A program made the translations under genes and the position numbers. A stretch of 64,000 bases of DNA, from NCBI GenBank assembly GCA_964016885.1, contig OZ024740.1, positions 79,794,001 through 79,858,000 on the forward strand. The letters run 5' to 3'. Source of the DNA: Eledone cirrhosa (lineage: Eukaryota). Of this stretch, positions 51,903 through 64,000 are shown in pieces (positions within the stretch are counted from its first letter, which is position 1; the number at the start of each line of letters is the position of its first letter). Below the pieces are notes generated by a model that ran no database searches, was not told the origin of the DNA, and saw only the letters and a list, made by a program, of their open reading frames with translations.

Positions 51903-53319
51903 TTCGCTAATTCTGTTAAAAATAGCAGCTAAACCCTCCTCAAATTATGCCTTACCATTTTCAAAATATAGGAAGCAAGGAAGCATTGGTTAATTTGGTT
52001 CTAGACACACTATGTCTGAAACTCCCCTGAAACAACAACAACAACAACAGGCTGATCATAGTGAGAACATCTTTGATCATAAGATTTCTCAGTGACGGAT
52101 GACCTGAAACTAAACAACAACTTGACCTTATCTCCAGTAAACTTAAATCATTATTTTTCAAAGAGATAGAAAAAAAAATCTAATTTCAAGGATTTTGAAG
52201 ATTTTGAAAAATAGTTTATTTTAATTTAATTTTTAGTTTTGATGTTAACACTTTTGATAACAAGCTGCCACAAGTTGTATGATACATTACTATTTATGAT
52301 GGATTCCAAGATAGATTACTGTTTATATTTATCTAAAATGCTTCCATCATAATTTCATGTAAGAATCTTTATTAAATTATGCTCTAAACAGCCAAGAAAG
52401 TTAATTATATTTCTAAATCCCTTCAAATGGTTGATTATTTTCAAAATTATTTGAAAATCATAGGCAGTGCTTTTTATGCTGATGAAAGAGTTAAGAATAT
52501 GTCTACCATAATTGTGTTATAGAGAAGAGATAGATGGAGAGAAGGGAAAAGGAAATGTGAGAGGGATCATATATGAATATTTGTCTATGCTTTCATAGTA
52601 CTTTCATCTCTGTGAATCTACAGGACATATATATGTATGTAGGCATGGCTGAGTGGTTAAGAAGTTCATTTCATAATCATGATGTTTTGAGGGCTCAATC
52701 CTATTACATGTTCTCTTGATCAAGTATTTTACTTGCTTCTAGTTGATCCAACTCTTCAGAGTGAAACATATTGTTTCAAGCTGAATCAGCTGCTTGGAAA
52801 TTAAATTAAGGACACATCCAATCCAATCCAATCAAGGGCCTTCTCACTCCTATTGGAGGAGCCCCTCCCTGGCTGATTTCCACTGCTTTCTTTGGTTTAG
52901 ATCATGTCAGGGGTGTAGCCATACTCATTATGTTAGGCCAATTGCAGGTTTATGAGACTATTTAACCCATAGTTGGGTTGGATGGCTTTTGACTCTGAGA
53001 ATTTCATCTGCCATTTTAACAGCTCTTTGTTTTTTGTGCTGTTGGGGTTCCACTTACCCTCCTCACCAGACTTGGGTTTGATGGGGGAGCCAGTTTAGTT
53101 GCCAACCACTCGATCATGAAGCAGGTTGTATTGGGTTACATGGTACCATTAGCAGTTATTCACATATTAATTTAATGAGTAGGTCATTCATTGTTGAAAC
53201 CTTTGGCAGATTTAGGTACAGATCTGTTGACAGCTGTTATTTTTTTTTATTAATTTTTTATTTTAAAAAGTGTTTGATCATAAGCATAATGAAAGGATGT
53301 TTTTTAGGTTTCAATATCA

Positions 53320-53630
53320 AACAGTATATCAAATATAGATAGAAATTCAAATATAGATAGTAGATTAAATATAGATAGTAGAGTAGATCAAATATTAACA
53401 GATCAAGTATAGATACTGGTTCAAATATTGACAACAGATCAAATATATTCACAATAGACAGTGGTTCAAATACTAACAGCAGATTACATAGACAGTAGAC
53501 TGACTACGGGTAGTAAATCAAATAGACAGTAGCTCAAATATAGACAGTCGTTTAAATATTTATTGGTAGATCAGATATATTGATAGTAGATCAAATATTG
53601 ATAGTGATTCAAATATTGACAGTAACTAAG
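53320..53630. repeat. Degenerate ~20-bp minisatellite (gtagatcaaatatagaca)
   Basis: tcaaatat recurs every ~20 bp. Confidence 0.75.
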
Positions 53631-54211
53631 GATTGACCAAAGTCTTGTGAGAAAGATTTGGCAGGCAGAAACTAATGTGACAGCCCATCTGAAGGATTGT
53701 TTCTGTTCTTGAATGCTAGACTTAATCCATTGTCTGATTCAAAAGCTTCGATTCCTTTAGAGGGGTCATCTTATTGCAGGCATCCAAATTAGGTCTTAGA
53801 TCTAAGGATAGATTCTCCCTTCCTTCCACTAGTCTCAAAGACCCTGAAAAGAGGCATCGCTGGTACCATTCTTCTTCTGACTAAGTCATAAAAAAAAGTC
53901 AAATCTCTCAGCACAGTTGTGGTCCATCTTTTATGCAAACTAACTTCACACATTTATGCATACAACATATAGCTACCTTATTTTTCTGCTACCACAGATC
54001 TTGCACATTCAATTCCCATGTCTTACTACCATGTAGCATCACTGTGCCTGCACAAGCTTCATATTTAAATATAGTTGTTTCAATAGAGTTAGAGTATTGT
54101 TGTAATTTGGTTATAAATGCCTCATTCAGCTAGATGTAATTATATCAAACAGCTGCAGATAAACTACTTATCGTATATACTCACATATAAGCCAATCCTA
54201 ATATAAGCTGA

Positions 54212-54416
54212 CCCTTTAGCATTTACATTACTCTGTATATACTATTGTTTTTTCATGGTAAACACTTTATCTCACATAATATCGATTCTATGAGATTTTG
54301 ATGTTATTTTTTTTTAGAACAATACCTTAACAGTGGTATGAGTGACCGATTATGGCCAGTTTGAACAGAAAGAGGTGAGTGACTTCTGGGATAGGGCCGG
54401 TTTAAATGCTAAAGGG
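54212..54416. mobile_element. piggyBac-type MITE, third copy
   Basis: CCCTTTAGCATTTA...TAAATGCTAAAGGG; TTAA flanks decayed. Confidence 0.78.
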
Positions 54417-55427
54417 CTAAGTTTGAGAAATAGGCAAAAATGCAAACCTTGTTTATAAGCTGAGGAAGGGCTGTATTTAAACCTTGGGGGCCCAGGGCAT
54501 TTCAGGTCTAGGGGCCCCTCATACACAAAAAATTAGAATTTACAGCAAACCCCAAATTTTACATATCAAAGTCGGTCTGGCACAAGTAATTGGAATTGAA
54601 AAGTTATACATACAGGTAATAAATTTCAAAAAATCAAACCATCCTCATGTTATGTCCACTTTCCACACTGGCATATGTTGAACAGGTTGTCACAGTCCAA
54701 GACCAGACATATTAGAGTGACCTCATCTTGCCCATACATTACATATTTGGTATAGTTTTTAACATAACCACTTTAGAGTGTTTGATGGGTGCATTGTTTT
54801 TGCAATACCAGTACAACCACTTTACACTGTTATATACTATCAAGGCACCAACACTAACAATTTTCAGAATGTCCTGAGTGTATTTTATTGTGGCACTAGT
54901 ACTAAAGAGGTTATCACATGCTTGGCCAGACTAAAGAGGTTCCCTTAAACACTATATTGTCAAACACTGTACCATCTGATCTCTCACTACACACACTTTT
55001 AGTGTCTCACTACTTGTATTGGTGGGCATGTCTTTTGTATTATGTCATATCATCAATCAGCTCTGTTCTGTGTCATCTCCTTTTTTGGGTTCAGCTTTTT
55101 GATGTCATTCTTTACACCTTCGCCCTGTTTTCCTTGATCTTCCACTGCAAGCGTCCCCCCACCCTCTATTTTTTTAATACAACTCTCCCTCTCCTTTTGT
55201 CATGCAATCGTTACTCTTTCACAGCCTCCTTTGCCCCTCATTAAACCTGGCCCTTAGTCGATGCAAGTAATCAACACATTATGTTTAGATGGAGAAGTTT
55301 TGAAATTCTGATGAAGTTTTAATATTTTGTCAAAAGGGTTTAAATGTATAATTTTCGTTTCACAACTTCATTATGTAATGATTTTTTTTTTTACCAATTT
55401 CTGACCGTTTTGAAGGCCATATTAATT

Positions 55428-55760
55428 TATGGTGATGCTCGTGAAGGCGCTTGGCTGTTCCAGCGCATCGGCTTTGTCATCACTCGAGGTAACGCTGCGA
55501 GCGTGTTCGCTTGTCTCAAAAATTATTAGAGAGATTTTCCAGTGCTTCTTGTGATATCGTTATCTTTTGTTGTTCGTTTGTCCACCCCTTTCGTTTGCCT
55601 TTTGTTGTATGTGGTCCTAAATGTGTGTATTACCTGCTTGTGTGTTTTTTCTTTTTATTGTAATATTATAATGACAGTTATGTTGGCAAACTTGATTTAT
55701 ACTCCACAGTAAATAAGCGCACGTATATGCCGTACTAAACGTGGTTTAAATAAATCTTAA
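55428..55760 (+). mobile_element. 3' end of a CRE-like (restriction-like endonuclease) non-LTR element
   Basis: GDAREGAWLFQRIGFVITRGNAASVFACL*. Confidence 0.75.
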
Positions 55761-56299
55761 ATCTTGAATATAGGAAATATGTGTTTCACGTCGAAAGTGA
55801 AACCGGCGTAATATTCACCTCCAAAGTGTAAAATATTTTAGCACCTCATTTACGAAGAATTTCGAAGTTTGTGAAAATCGGCAAAATATTAAGCACGAAT
55901 ATAAGCCCCCCCCCCCCCCCCCCCCATTTTACCAACGATTTATTTATTTATCGGCTTAAATATGAGTATATAGGGTTAGTTGGTCGATGACAAACCATTA
56001 TAGGTTTGAAATTCGACACAATTAAGCTAAATCTTTGGTAATTTTTTTCACAGACCAGCAGAATGAGATAACAAAAAAAAAAAGAAAATGTATCAAGAAA
56101 TAAGGTAACTGAGGCTTGAACTCCTCTCTAAAATAGCTGTTACTTCCGTTGTTGTTAGCTTCAAAGCAGACCCCATGAAGGTAGTTGACGAATCGGTAAA
56201 AACCACAGATGCACCACTGCGGATATATTATACGTTGTTTTTTTTTTCTTCAGAAGTTCACAGTTGTGTTAATAGCTTTACAAATTGTTTGTAGTTCTC

Positions 56300-56672
56300 A
56301 CAGAATGAAAATATAAACATAGAAATAAATACAATTAATTATTGCCAGGGACCTCACAAATGTAATACGTAATACGCAAAAAATATATGGTAAAAGCGAG
56401 AGAAAAAGAAAAGGAAACGAAAAAACAAACAAAAACAACCATCTATTCACCACCAAGTGCGATAATTGGCCGCATATCATAAGGGTCAATGGAAATTTTG
56501 GAGGCAAGCCAACACGCCCGCAGCATTACCGCGGGTGATGGCGAAGGTAAGGCGCTGAAACAACTAAGCACCCTCACGAGCATCACCTGACACCTCGGTA
56601 AGGCGAGGCGCCAACGATGACAAGAACTTCGCTGTCAGCGGTACAGTTCGACCAAACGTCTCGAACGTCATA
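56300..56672 (-). mobile_element. CRE-like element 3' end
   Basis: Minus frame TFETFGRTVPLTAKFLSSLAPRLTEVSGDAREGA*LFQRLTFAITRGNAAGVLACL. Confidence 0.78.
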
Positions 56673-56739
56673 AGATGGAAAAATAGTTATTTGATAGTTT
56701 CCAGTATTTTTTATAGTGAAAATAAAATTTGATTTGATT

Positions 56740-57030
56740 ATATTTATATCAGATAGAAATACATACATATAATTAATTATTGCTAGGGACCTTATAAATG
56801 AAATACACAAAAACAAAAAATCTAAGCGAAAACAACATCAATTCAACACTAAGATTTCTATCGGTCACACACCACAAGGGTCAAAGGAACTTTTTGCGGC
56901 AGGCCAACACACTTGCAGCATTATCGCGGGTGATTGGCGAGGTTAAGGCGCTGAAACAACCAGGTACCTTCACGCGCATCACCCGACACCTCGGTAAGGA
57001 GAACCGCTAACGATGACAAGAACTTCGTCG
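56740..57030 (-). mobile_element. CRE-like element 3' end, tandem to the previous copy
   Basis: Homologous to 56300-56640. Confidence 0.72.
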
Positions 57031-59497
57031 TATACTTTTATCTACATAAAGACAATACTGTCAATCAATGATAAATATTGATTGCCAGCTAAATTATTTA
57101 TAGAAATATAAAAATATACTGAAGCGAAAACCAAACAGCGAGTGAGTTTTACTATATTTTTCTGGCAATATTAGGACAACATGACCCTCCCCAAATATAA
57201 CAATAAAAACAATGTTTTTAGCGTGACACTTTCGGTAGCATGATGCAATTCCTCCATTGTCCAGTCATAGTGGTAGGCATAGCAGGGGCAGGTATAAAGA
57301 CATGGTCAGAGTGTATCAGTTGCTGTTTTTGATATTATTTATGAAGGTATGATTTTCAGCAGTGTTTGCATCTAATAAGGTTTTTGATTCTGCTCTTATT
57401 CTTGTATGTATTTGTTATTTTGTGCTGGTTTGGATTGTCCACTGAGAACATTGAATAATACTGCTTAAAAAATGGTAGTATGTGATGTGAAGGATATTTG
57501 GCTGCTATTTCTAGCAGGTCGAATGACCACAAAGTGTCCCTTGTATTCTATCATATACGTGTGTGTGATATAAGGGAGATAGTGTCAAAGGCACTCACTC
57601 CTCTTCCGTTTGACTAAACGATAAAATATATTTCATAAAATAAATATATATTTTAAAAGTTTTTTTGTCAATTACTAAGGTTACATTGAATCATGTCAGA
57701 AAAATAAGATATCAACATAAAATATTAGCAACTGTGCCATCTTCTAATTTTCACATTGGTTACCTGATAAAAGTGGCACTTATCCACTTTACTGGGCTAA
57801 AAATATCTGATAAATAAATGTTCTAGTTTGAACAGGTACACATGCACAAACAGTCACAAACACACACAGAGTTACTCACATTTTCACCTCACACGCACAC
57901 ATTTATTGACACATTTACACACACAAAGTTACTCACACACTGACACACACATTCAATCACTTGCACACACACATAGTTACTCACATTTTCACTTCACACG
58001 CACATTTATTGACACATTTTCACAGTTATTCCACATTCAATCACTTGCACACATATAGTTTATCACACATGATCTGATCATACACACATGTACAGACAGA
58101 TGTAGCCACACACACACACACATATATAGACATAGAGCTATACATAAACGTATACATACACCAAGCCAACAAGGAAGTCTCTACATGGTTGCTCAACGTG
58201 CTAGAAATAAGAGCCAAATTCCCTTAAATTACACCACTACTGTTTTAAAACAGGAAAAATAACTCCAAGTAATGTAGTACCCACACCCCCAAGAAAGATT
58301 GGTTGGTCAACGCTGGATTGTCTTTGATCATATGTCTGCTCAAGCAGGGTTTGGGCTATGGGCTAAACAACAACAATACACATATTGTCACACATGCAGA
58401 AAGAAGCAGCTATGTGTAAAGTGCACAGGACCAGTCAATAGTTAGTTACTTGCATGCAGTGCCGAATTTATCATTATACTTAAGTGTACCCCATCTTCCT
58501 GCCAAAACATTTTTTTACCTCCTTCAGGGCCCAAGTAAGGGATCTCATAACTTAATTAGCACATGGCCTCATTTGTTCTGAAGCACATTTTTTTTATTGT
58601 TTAGTTGGAAAGGGAAATGTAATGCCCATGCCACCTTTTTCCGAGGCCTTTTAAAGAACGGTGTGAGGGAAGGAGAGGAGAGAGAAACAAGTACCCTTAA
58701 ACTGTAGACCTGACTAGAATACTTGTGACATAATGAACTCCACTAAAAGCACACAGAGCCCACGGTGATGTTAAACAGGACCATGGATTAAGTCTACCAC
58801 CGAATATAGACATATAGTAGTTATCGGAACACCTTGATGTATATAGTAACAGACCTGGTAACTCTCCCCGTCCGACGGGGTGATCTTCCACCCTCTTTGA
58901 GGGTGGGTGAGAGATGTCTTCTCTTGTGAAAATGGGTATAGCTTTCATTAGTTACGTCCCTTTACGATCTGAGTTCAAATCCCGCCGAGGTTGACTTTGT
59001 CTTTCATCCTTACGGGGTCGATAAAATAAAGTACCAGTAATGCACTGGGTAATTGCTGGCCTTGTGCCTAAAGTAGAGACAATTATGTAAAATCTCTCTA
59101 TTTCTCCCCGTTTTGGGGCCCTTTTTTAGAGGTTTTTAGAAGTTGGCAGGTCTGATGTTAGAAGTAAAATATATTTTTCTAGACGAGACACTATGTTTTG
59201 CATTCTTTTCATTTCCGTAACTGTCAAGAATAAATAAGTACCATAATTTTCTCGGGAATTTACCTGAGCCAAACTAGCAAACGATATTTATTTGTCATCT
59301 ACTGAGATACAGGCTCTCGTCATTTTGAAACTGATACAAAAACAAACACTGGGGCAATTTAATTGTCTTCAATCCTTGTAGGCATTATTCCAGCATGGCC
59401 ACAATCAAATGGTTGAAGGCCGTAAAAGAATATATATATACACGGAAAAAATGAAACGAAATTTCATTTCTCATTCTTAGTATGGCTGTTACTTAAT

Positions 59498-59972
59498 TAT
59501 AAGTATGTATACGTACATACATATATGTATACAGACGTACAGTAGTATGTATATATATACATACATGCACACATATATATATGTACATATGGATTCACCG
59601 AACATTTATTATAATGCTCGGTGTGTTTGTAAACAAACATCCCGAATTAAGCCGTACAGTGTCTAGCAACCATCGTTGCTCATTTGTTCAACACTGACAA
59701 AAGAACGCTGTACTAGTTTCAAGCTTATTAGCTATCGTCAGCAACGTATACCTTCCTGCGTTCCTTTGTCAGTGTTGAACAAATGAGCAACGATGGTTGC
59801 TAGACACTGTACTGCTTAATTCGGGATGTTTGTTTACAAACACACCGAGCATTATAATAAATGTTCGGTGAATCCATACGTACATATATATATGTGTGCA
59901 TGTATGTATCTATATATATACATACTACTGTACGTCTATATACATATATGTATGTACGTATACATACTTATA
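59498..59972. repeat. Fold-back with ~210-bp arms (59498-59708 / 59758-59972)
   Basis: Near-perfect reverse complement; 49-bp spacer holds a hammerhead. Confidence 0.93.
59705..59747 (-). ncRNA. Minimal type I hammerhead ribozyme
   Basis: Minus strand: acgttg-CTGACGA-t agct aata agct t-GAAA-ctag-TA-cagcgt; palindromic ACTAGT. Confidence 0.85.
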
Positions 59973-60453
59973 TTTAAAATATATATATGTAGCCAAACAT
60001 CCTTTAAATCACACGCTACTGTTTCTTAAACAGCATTACTCACCGTTTCCAGGGTAAGAGATGACTCCATGGACAATTTCTTGGAAAATAATAATTGCAA
60101 CTCTGCATAAATATAATTTCCAAGAAATCGGGGTCGATAAAATAAAGTACCAGTAACGCACCAGGGTCGATTTAATCAACTTTCCTTTTTCCCAAAATTG
60201 TTGGGTTTTTTTACCGAAACCAGAAACCATTATTTTGGATTGGCAGAATTGGTAGAGGGTTGGACATGCTTTCCAGCATAGTTACGTCCCTTTACGATCT
60301 GAGTTCAAATCCCGCCAAAGTTAACTTTGCCTTTCATCCTTACGAAGTCGATAAAATAAAGTACCAGTAATGTACTGGGTATTTGCTGGCCTTGTGCCGA
60401 AAGTAGAAACAATTATTTTCCAAGAAATTGTCCCCCGGCGGACTTATCTTTTT

Positions 60454-60481
60454 CCCGAGCAACGTCGGGTATCACTGCTAG
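60454..60481 (+). mobile_element. Isolated Helitron 3' terminus
   Basis: cccgagcaacgtcgggtatcactgCTAG|T, closely similar to 45312-45339. Confidence 0.65.
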
Positions 60482-62094
60482 TATTTATAATAGTTTCTGA
60501 TTTAGGCACAAGGCCAACAATTTGAAAGAAAGGGGAAAGTCGATGAAATCGACCCCAGTGTGTTACTGATACTTTATTTTATCGAGCCTCGGTGGGATTT
60601 GAACTCAGAACGTAAAGGGCCGTAACTGATAGTATTTATAATGACTATCATCAAAACATTACATCTATGACACGCATAATAAACGTTAACATTTTGTTTG
60701 TTTCCCTTTGGTCACATGTTCTCTTCCTCAAATCCCCCCTTGTCTCTTTCAATAGCGTATCTATCTTTCTCCTCCTTCTCCTCTTTTTCGCTCCTTCCCT
60801 CACTTTTTCTCTCACCCACTTCTCTCTTTCTCCCTGTATATATCTCACGTCTTCTCTTTCTCTCCCGACGACAGCTTTCCTATTTTTTCCTGAAAACAGC
60901 CATGAACCCATGCAGGTATGTGATCACATATCCCATATAAAATTAAAAACTTAGGAATATGCACTCACATTTTGGTGAAGAAATGAAGGAAGAAGTACTC
61001 AACAAATGTAGTAGAGTTAATTTATTTATTAATTCGAAGTTCAAGATCGTATTATTCTTAAGGCTGAATGAAACTTGTAGGGCTCTCTGTGGAAGTTAGG
61101 AGCCCGTTATTTAAAAATGTTTTGCTGTAGTGGAGGTGTAAGATTGATGTACCAGAGTTTAGTGGAAGCGGAATATTTGAGTTGATATAGTCCGAAGCTC
61201 ATGATTCGCTCAATGACGGCTCTTTGCTATTGTATATGTATTAATTTTTCTTCCTTTCAAAATCACTCAACACGTGTCCCTTAAAGTTAATTAGTAGCTT
61301 TTGAGTGCATCATAGCATGTCTGGAATAATTACAGTTTAATGCTCCCCCCCACCCCCACACACACACTTTATTTCCTCATGACTTTTTTTTTTAACAATG
61401 AATATCGTTTAATGAAAATTTTCAGTTACCTTTAACATTGCGATTATGTTGATAACATTTATTTCTAAAAGAAAGAAAAATATTTTTTTTTTTATCTATA
61501 GTTCTGTTTGTTAATGTTTTCACATATTGAATATTCGCAGTTTGTGTTTATAGTAGCCTAAAACATAAGCTAGGCGGCGAGTTGGCAGTCGTTAGAACGT
61601 CGGATAGAATGTTTTGCGTATTCGTTTAGGCTTTGCTCTCTGAGTTTAAATCCCTCTGAGGTCAACTTTACCTTTCAGTCATTTGAGGTCGATCAAAAAA
61701 GAGTACCAGTCTTCCTCTATATCTCTTTCTCACTTATATTCTCTCACTCTTTATTCTCTCTGGAAGAAATCTGCTGTATTTAAACCTGGCGAGGAGTTGG
61801 GCTGTATGTCAATACGGCGCCCCTTCCACTCCCTTAAACTCGGAAATTAATTCACCATTCCTTCCAATTTCATGTTGTTAATGAACCAGGATAATATCTT
61901 AGATTTTTTTACTGGAACGCAATATCATTTCTACCACAATGAATTGCGAAAAAAAAAATTTTTTTTATAGTTTTATCAGTATAATGTATTTCTGAAAAAA
62001 TTCACAAATAAATATGCATTATTAAGAAAGTTATGAGGAAATAAAGTCTTGTATAATATTTGACGCAACTAGAAGCTGGCAACTATTTTATTCA

Positions 62095-62385
62095 CAGTTG
62101 TATAACAAATATAATGTTGATAAACATAATGCATGAGAGGGGGGGGGGGGGGGGGCAAAAAGAAAACCGACAATCAATTCACTACCAAATGCGACAATCG
62201 GCCGCACATCGCATCACATCATAAGGGTTAACTTTGAGGCAAGCTAATACACTAGCAGCATTGTCACGGGTGATGGCGAGGCTAAGGCGCTGAATCACCT
62301 GACATCTCAGTAAGGCGGTCCGCCAGCGATGACAAGAACTTCACTGTCAGCAGCCCAACTCCACCAAACGTCTAGAAGCTGTCGC
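62095..62385 (-). mobile_element. CRE-like element 3' end, fourth copy
   Basis: Homologous to 56440-56670 (gggtgatggcga, taaggcgctgaa, gatgacaagaacttc). Confidence 0.7.
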
Positions 62386-64000
62386 CTGAAAATGTAATTC
62401 CTCTGTATCTCGCTGGTTAAGAATTCTTTTTGGTACTTTTCACTAACCATTTTATGATTGAAATATGGAATTATTTCCAATGATTATTCATCGTCCATTG
62501 GTTATCTTCGTAGCACTGATCTTTGGAACAAAATGTTAAGTTTCTCTTAATAGGTAATCAATGTTAGAAAGTTGATTTTTCATCACCAAAGGGACATGAA
62601 CTGAAAGTATGGCAACATTATCTTATGAGAATTAAATTCCGATTATCTAATTTCATTAACACCTAGAGAATTATTTAACCCACAACATTTTGGAATAGCA
62701 AAACAATTTTAAATATTAATTCATACATCAGCTTTGCTCTTACTCTAAAATATGCTGGTCTTGTACCTAAATTAAAAACCAATGTTAATTCCCACACCAT
62801 CTTTTGTTATCCGGGGAAACGCATTCTCCATTCTGTCCGTCGGGGCTGTGGGGAGGCCAGCACGTGGGACCCCATTTTCTCACCATACGAAGAGATGAGG
62901 AGGGCAAGAGGGATGGAGGCGATGACAGTGGGAGTTCGGCTCTTCCACGTTCGGACCATATCCTTTTGGTTGTGTTCATCAAGCCCTAGTGCAGTAATGA
63001 AATGTATGTAAAAATAATTAACCCCATGAACAAGAATAACAATAGCAACAATTGTTTCTAATAACTTTTCTACAACTTGATGCAGCAATTTCAGCATGTT
63101 TTTTTAAAACATGAAATTAACCTTAACGACTGATAAAGTTTAATGCTATATTAACTCATCCAACATCAAGAATTGATTATAACTAACGTTGGCGTTTTTT
63201 CGTTTTAAGTAGACAGCAATCGCTGTACGTAATAAAATGAAAATGAATGGCACCTGATTGTTCTGTGTGTAAATCTATAAAGAAAAGGTACATTTAAATT
63301 TAACTTTTTCAAGTTTCACTTAGAAAGGAAGGTAGGGGTGGAGAGAGATGTGTGCCCCCTCTCCAGTATATTTAAGAGGTGTATGAATGTGGCGAGAATG
63401 GCCCGTATGAATGGGCCTACTCTGAGCATACACCTGTAGGCTGGCAGATTTGAGGAGGAGAGGAGGTGCTCTTCCCTGGTGCTCTCGAAGCGTCAGGTGG
63501 TTCAGGATTGGTGGGGTACCTGAGTCGCCCCTGGGTCGTTCACCTCCCTCCCATTGGGGAATTCTGTTTGTATTTTTGTTTATTATAGTATGTTTTCACT
63601 GTTTTTTTTGTTGTTGTAAACTCCATTGTCCCTCTCTTTTTGTATTGCCCCCTATATGTCGACCTTGTGGCCAATAAAGAATCATTACACACGTCTCGAG
63701 TAGGGAAACCATAGAAAACGCATAATTTACGACGATTTTGAAGGCCATATTCGTTTAAAACAGGAAAAACAAATTTCACCTTGAAAATTTTAACTAAACC
63801 TATTTTAAAATTAAGTTGTTCTTTTTTACTATTACACCCGTCGTGGAGACGGGTGTAATAGTAAAAATTAACATCAAAGAAAAATTGGACATATTTTCTA
63901 CGTACATGCAAGAATTTTGTATTAATAAATTCAGGATGATTTATTAGTAAAAGGAAATGTTTAAAATAAAATTGTTTGTTAATTATTAATGAAAACACTA

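Larger units (their letters stand above)
54169..55978. mobile_element. Tc1/mariner(pogo)-type TIR pair enclosing nested insertions
   Basis: tatcgtatatactcacatataagcc at 54169 pairs with ggcttaaatatgagtatatagggtta ending at 55978; no transposase seen. Confidence 0.6.

Overview
AT-rich, repeat-saturated animal DNA; a cephalopod/mollusc origin is my inference from the SINE/RTE repertoire. I cannot support any host protein-coding gene. The window holds decayed non-LTR retrotransposons (RTE with a PHD-like insert, CR1-type, CRE-type 3' ends), Penelope-like elements (one Neptune-type, three Naiad-like), tRNA-derived SINEs sharing RTE tails, Helitron, piggyBac and Tc1/mariner-type non-autonomous elements, long microsatellites and a 46-bp satellite. 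The main signal is a dense set of self-cleaving ribozyme motifs. There are about 13 hammerhead folds, four of them (two families) with a U3-A8 variant core, and two decayed HDV-like folds. They include a near-perfect 469-bp head-to-tail tandem with one minimal hammerhead per unit (retrozyme/circular RNA candidate) and several DNA fold-backs whose arms start at hammerhead cleavage sites. All alignments and folds were done by eye, so element boundaries are approximate.
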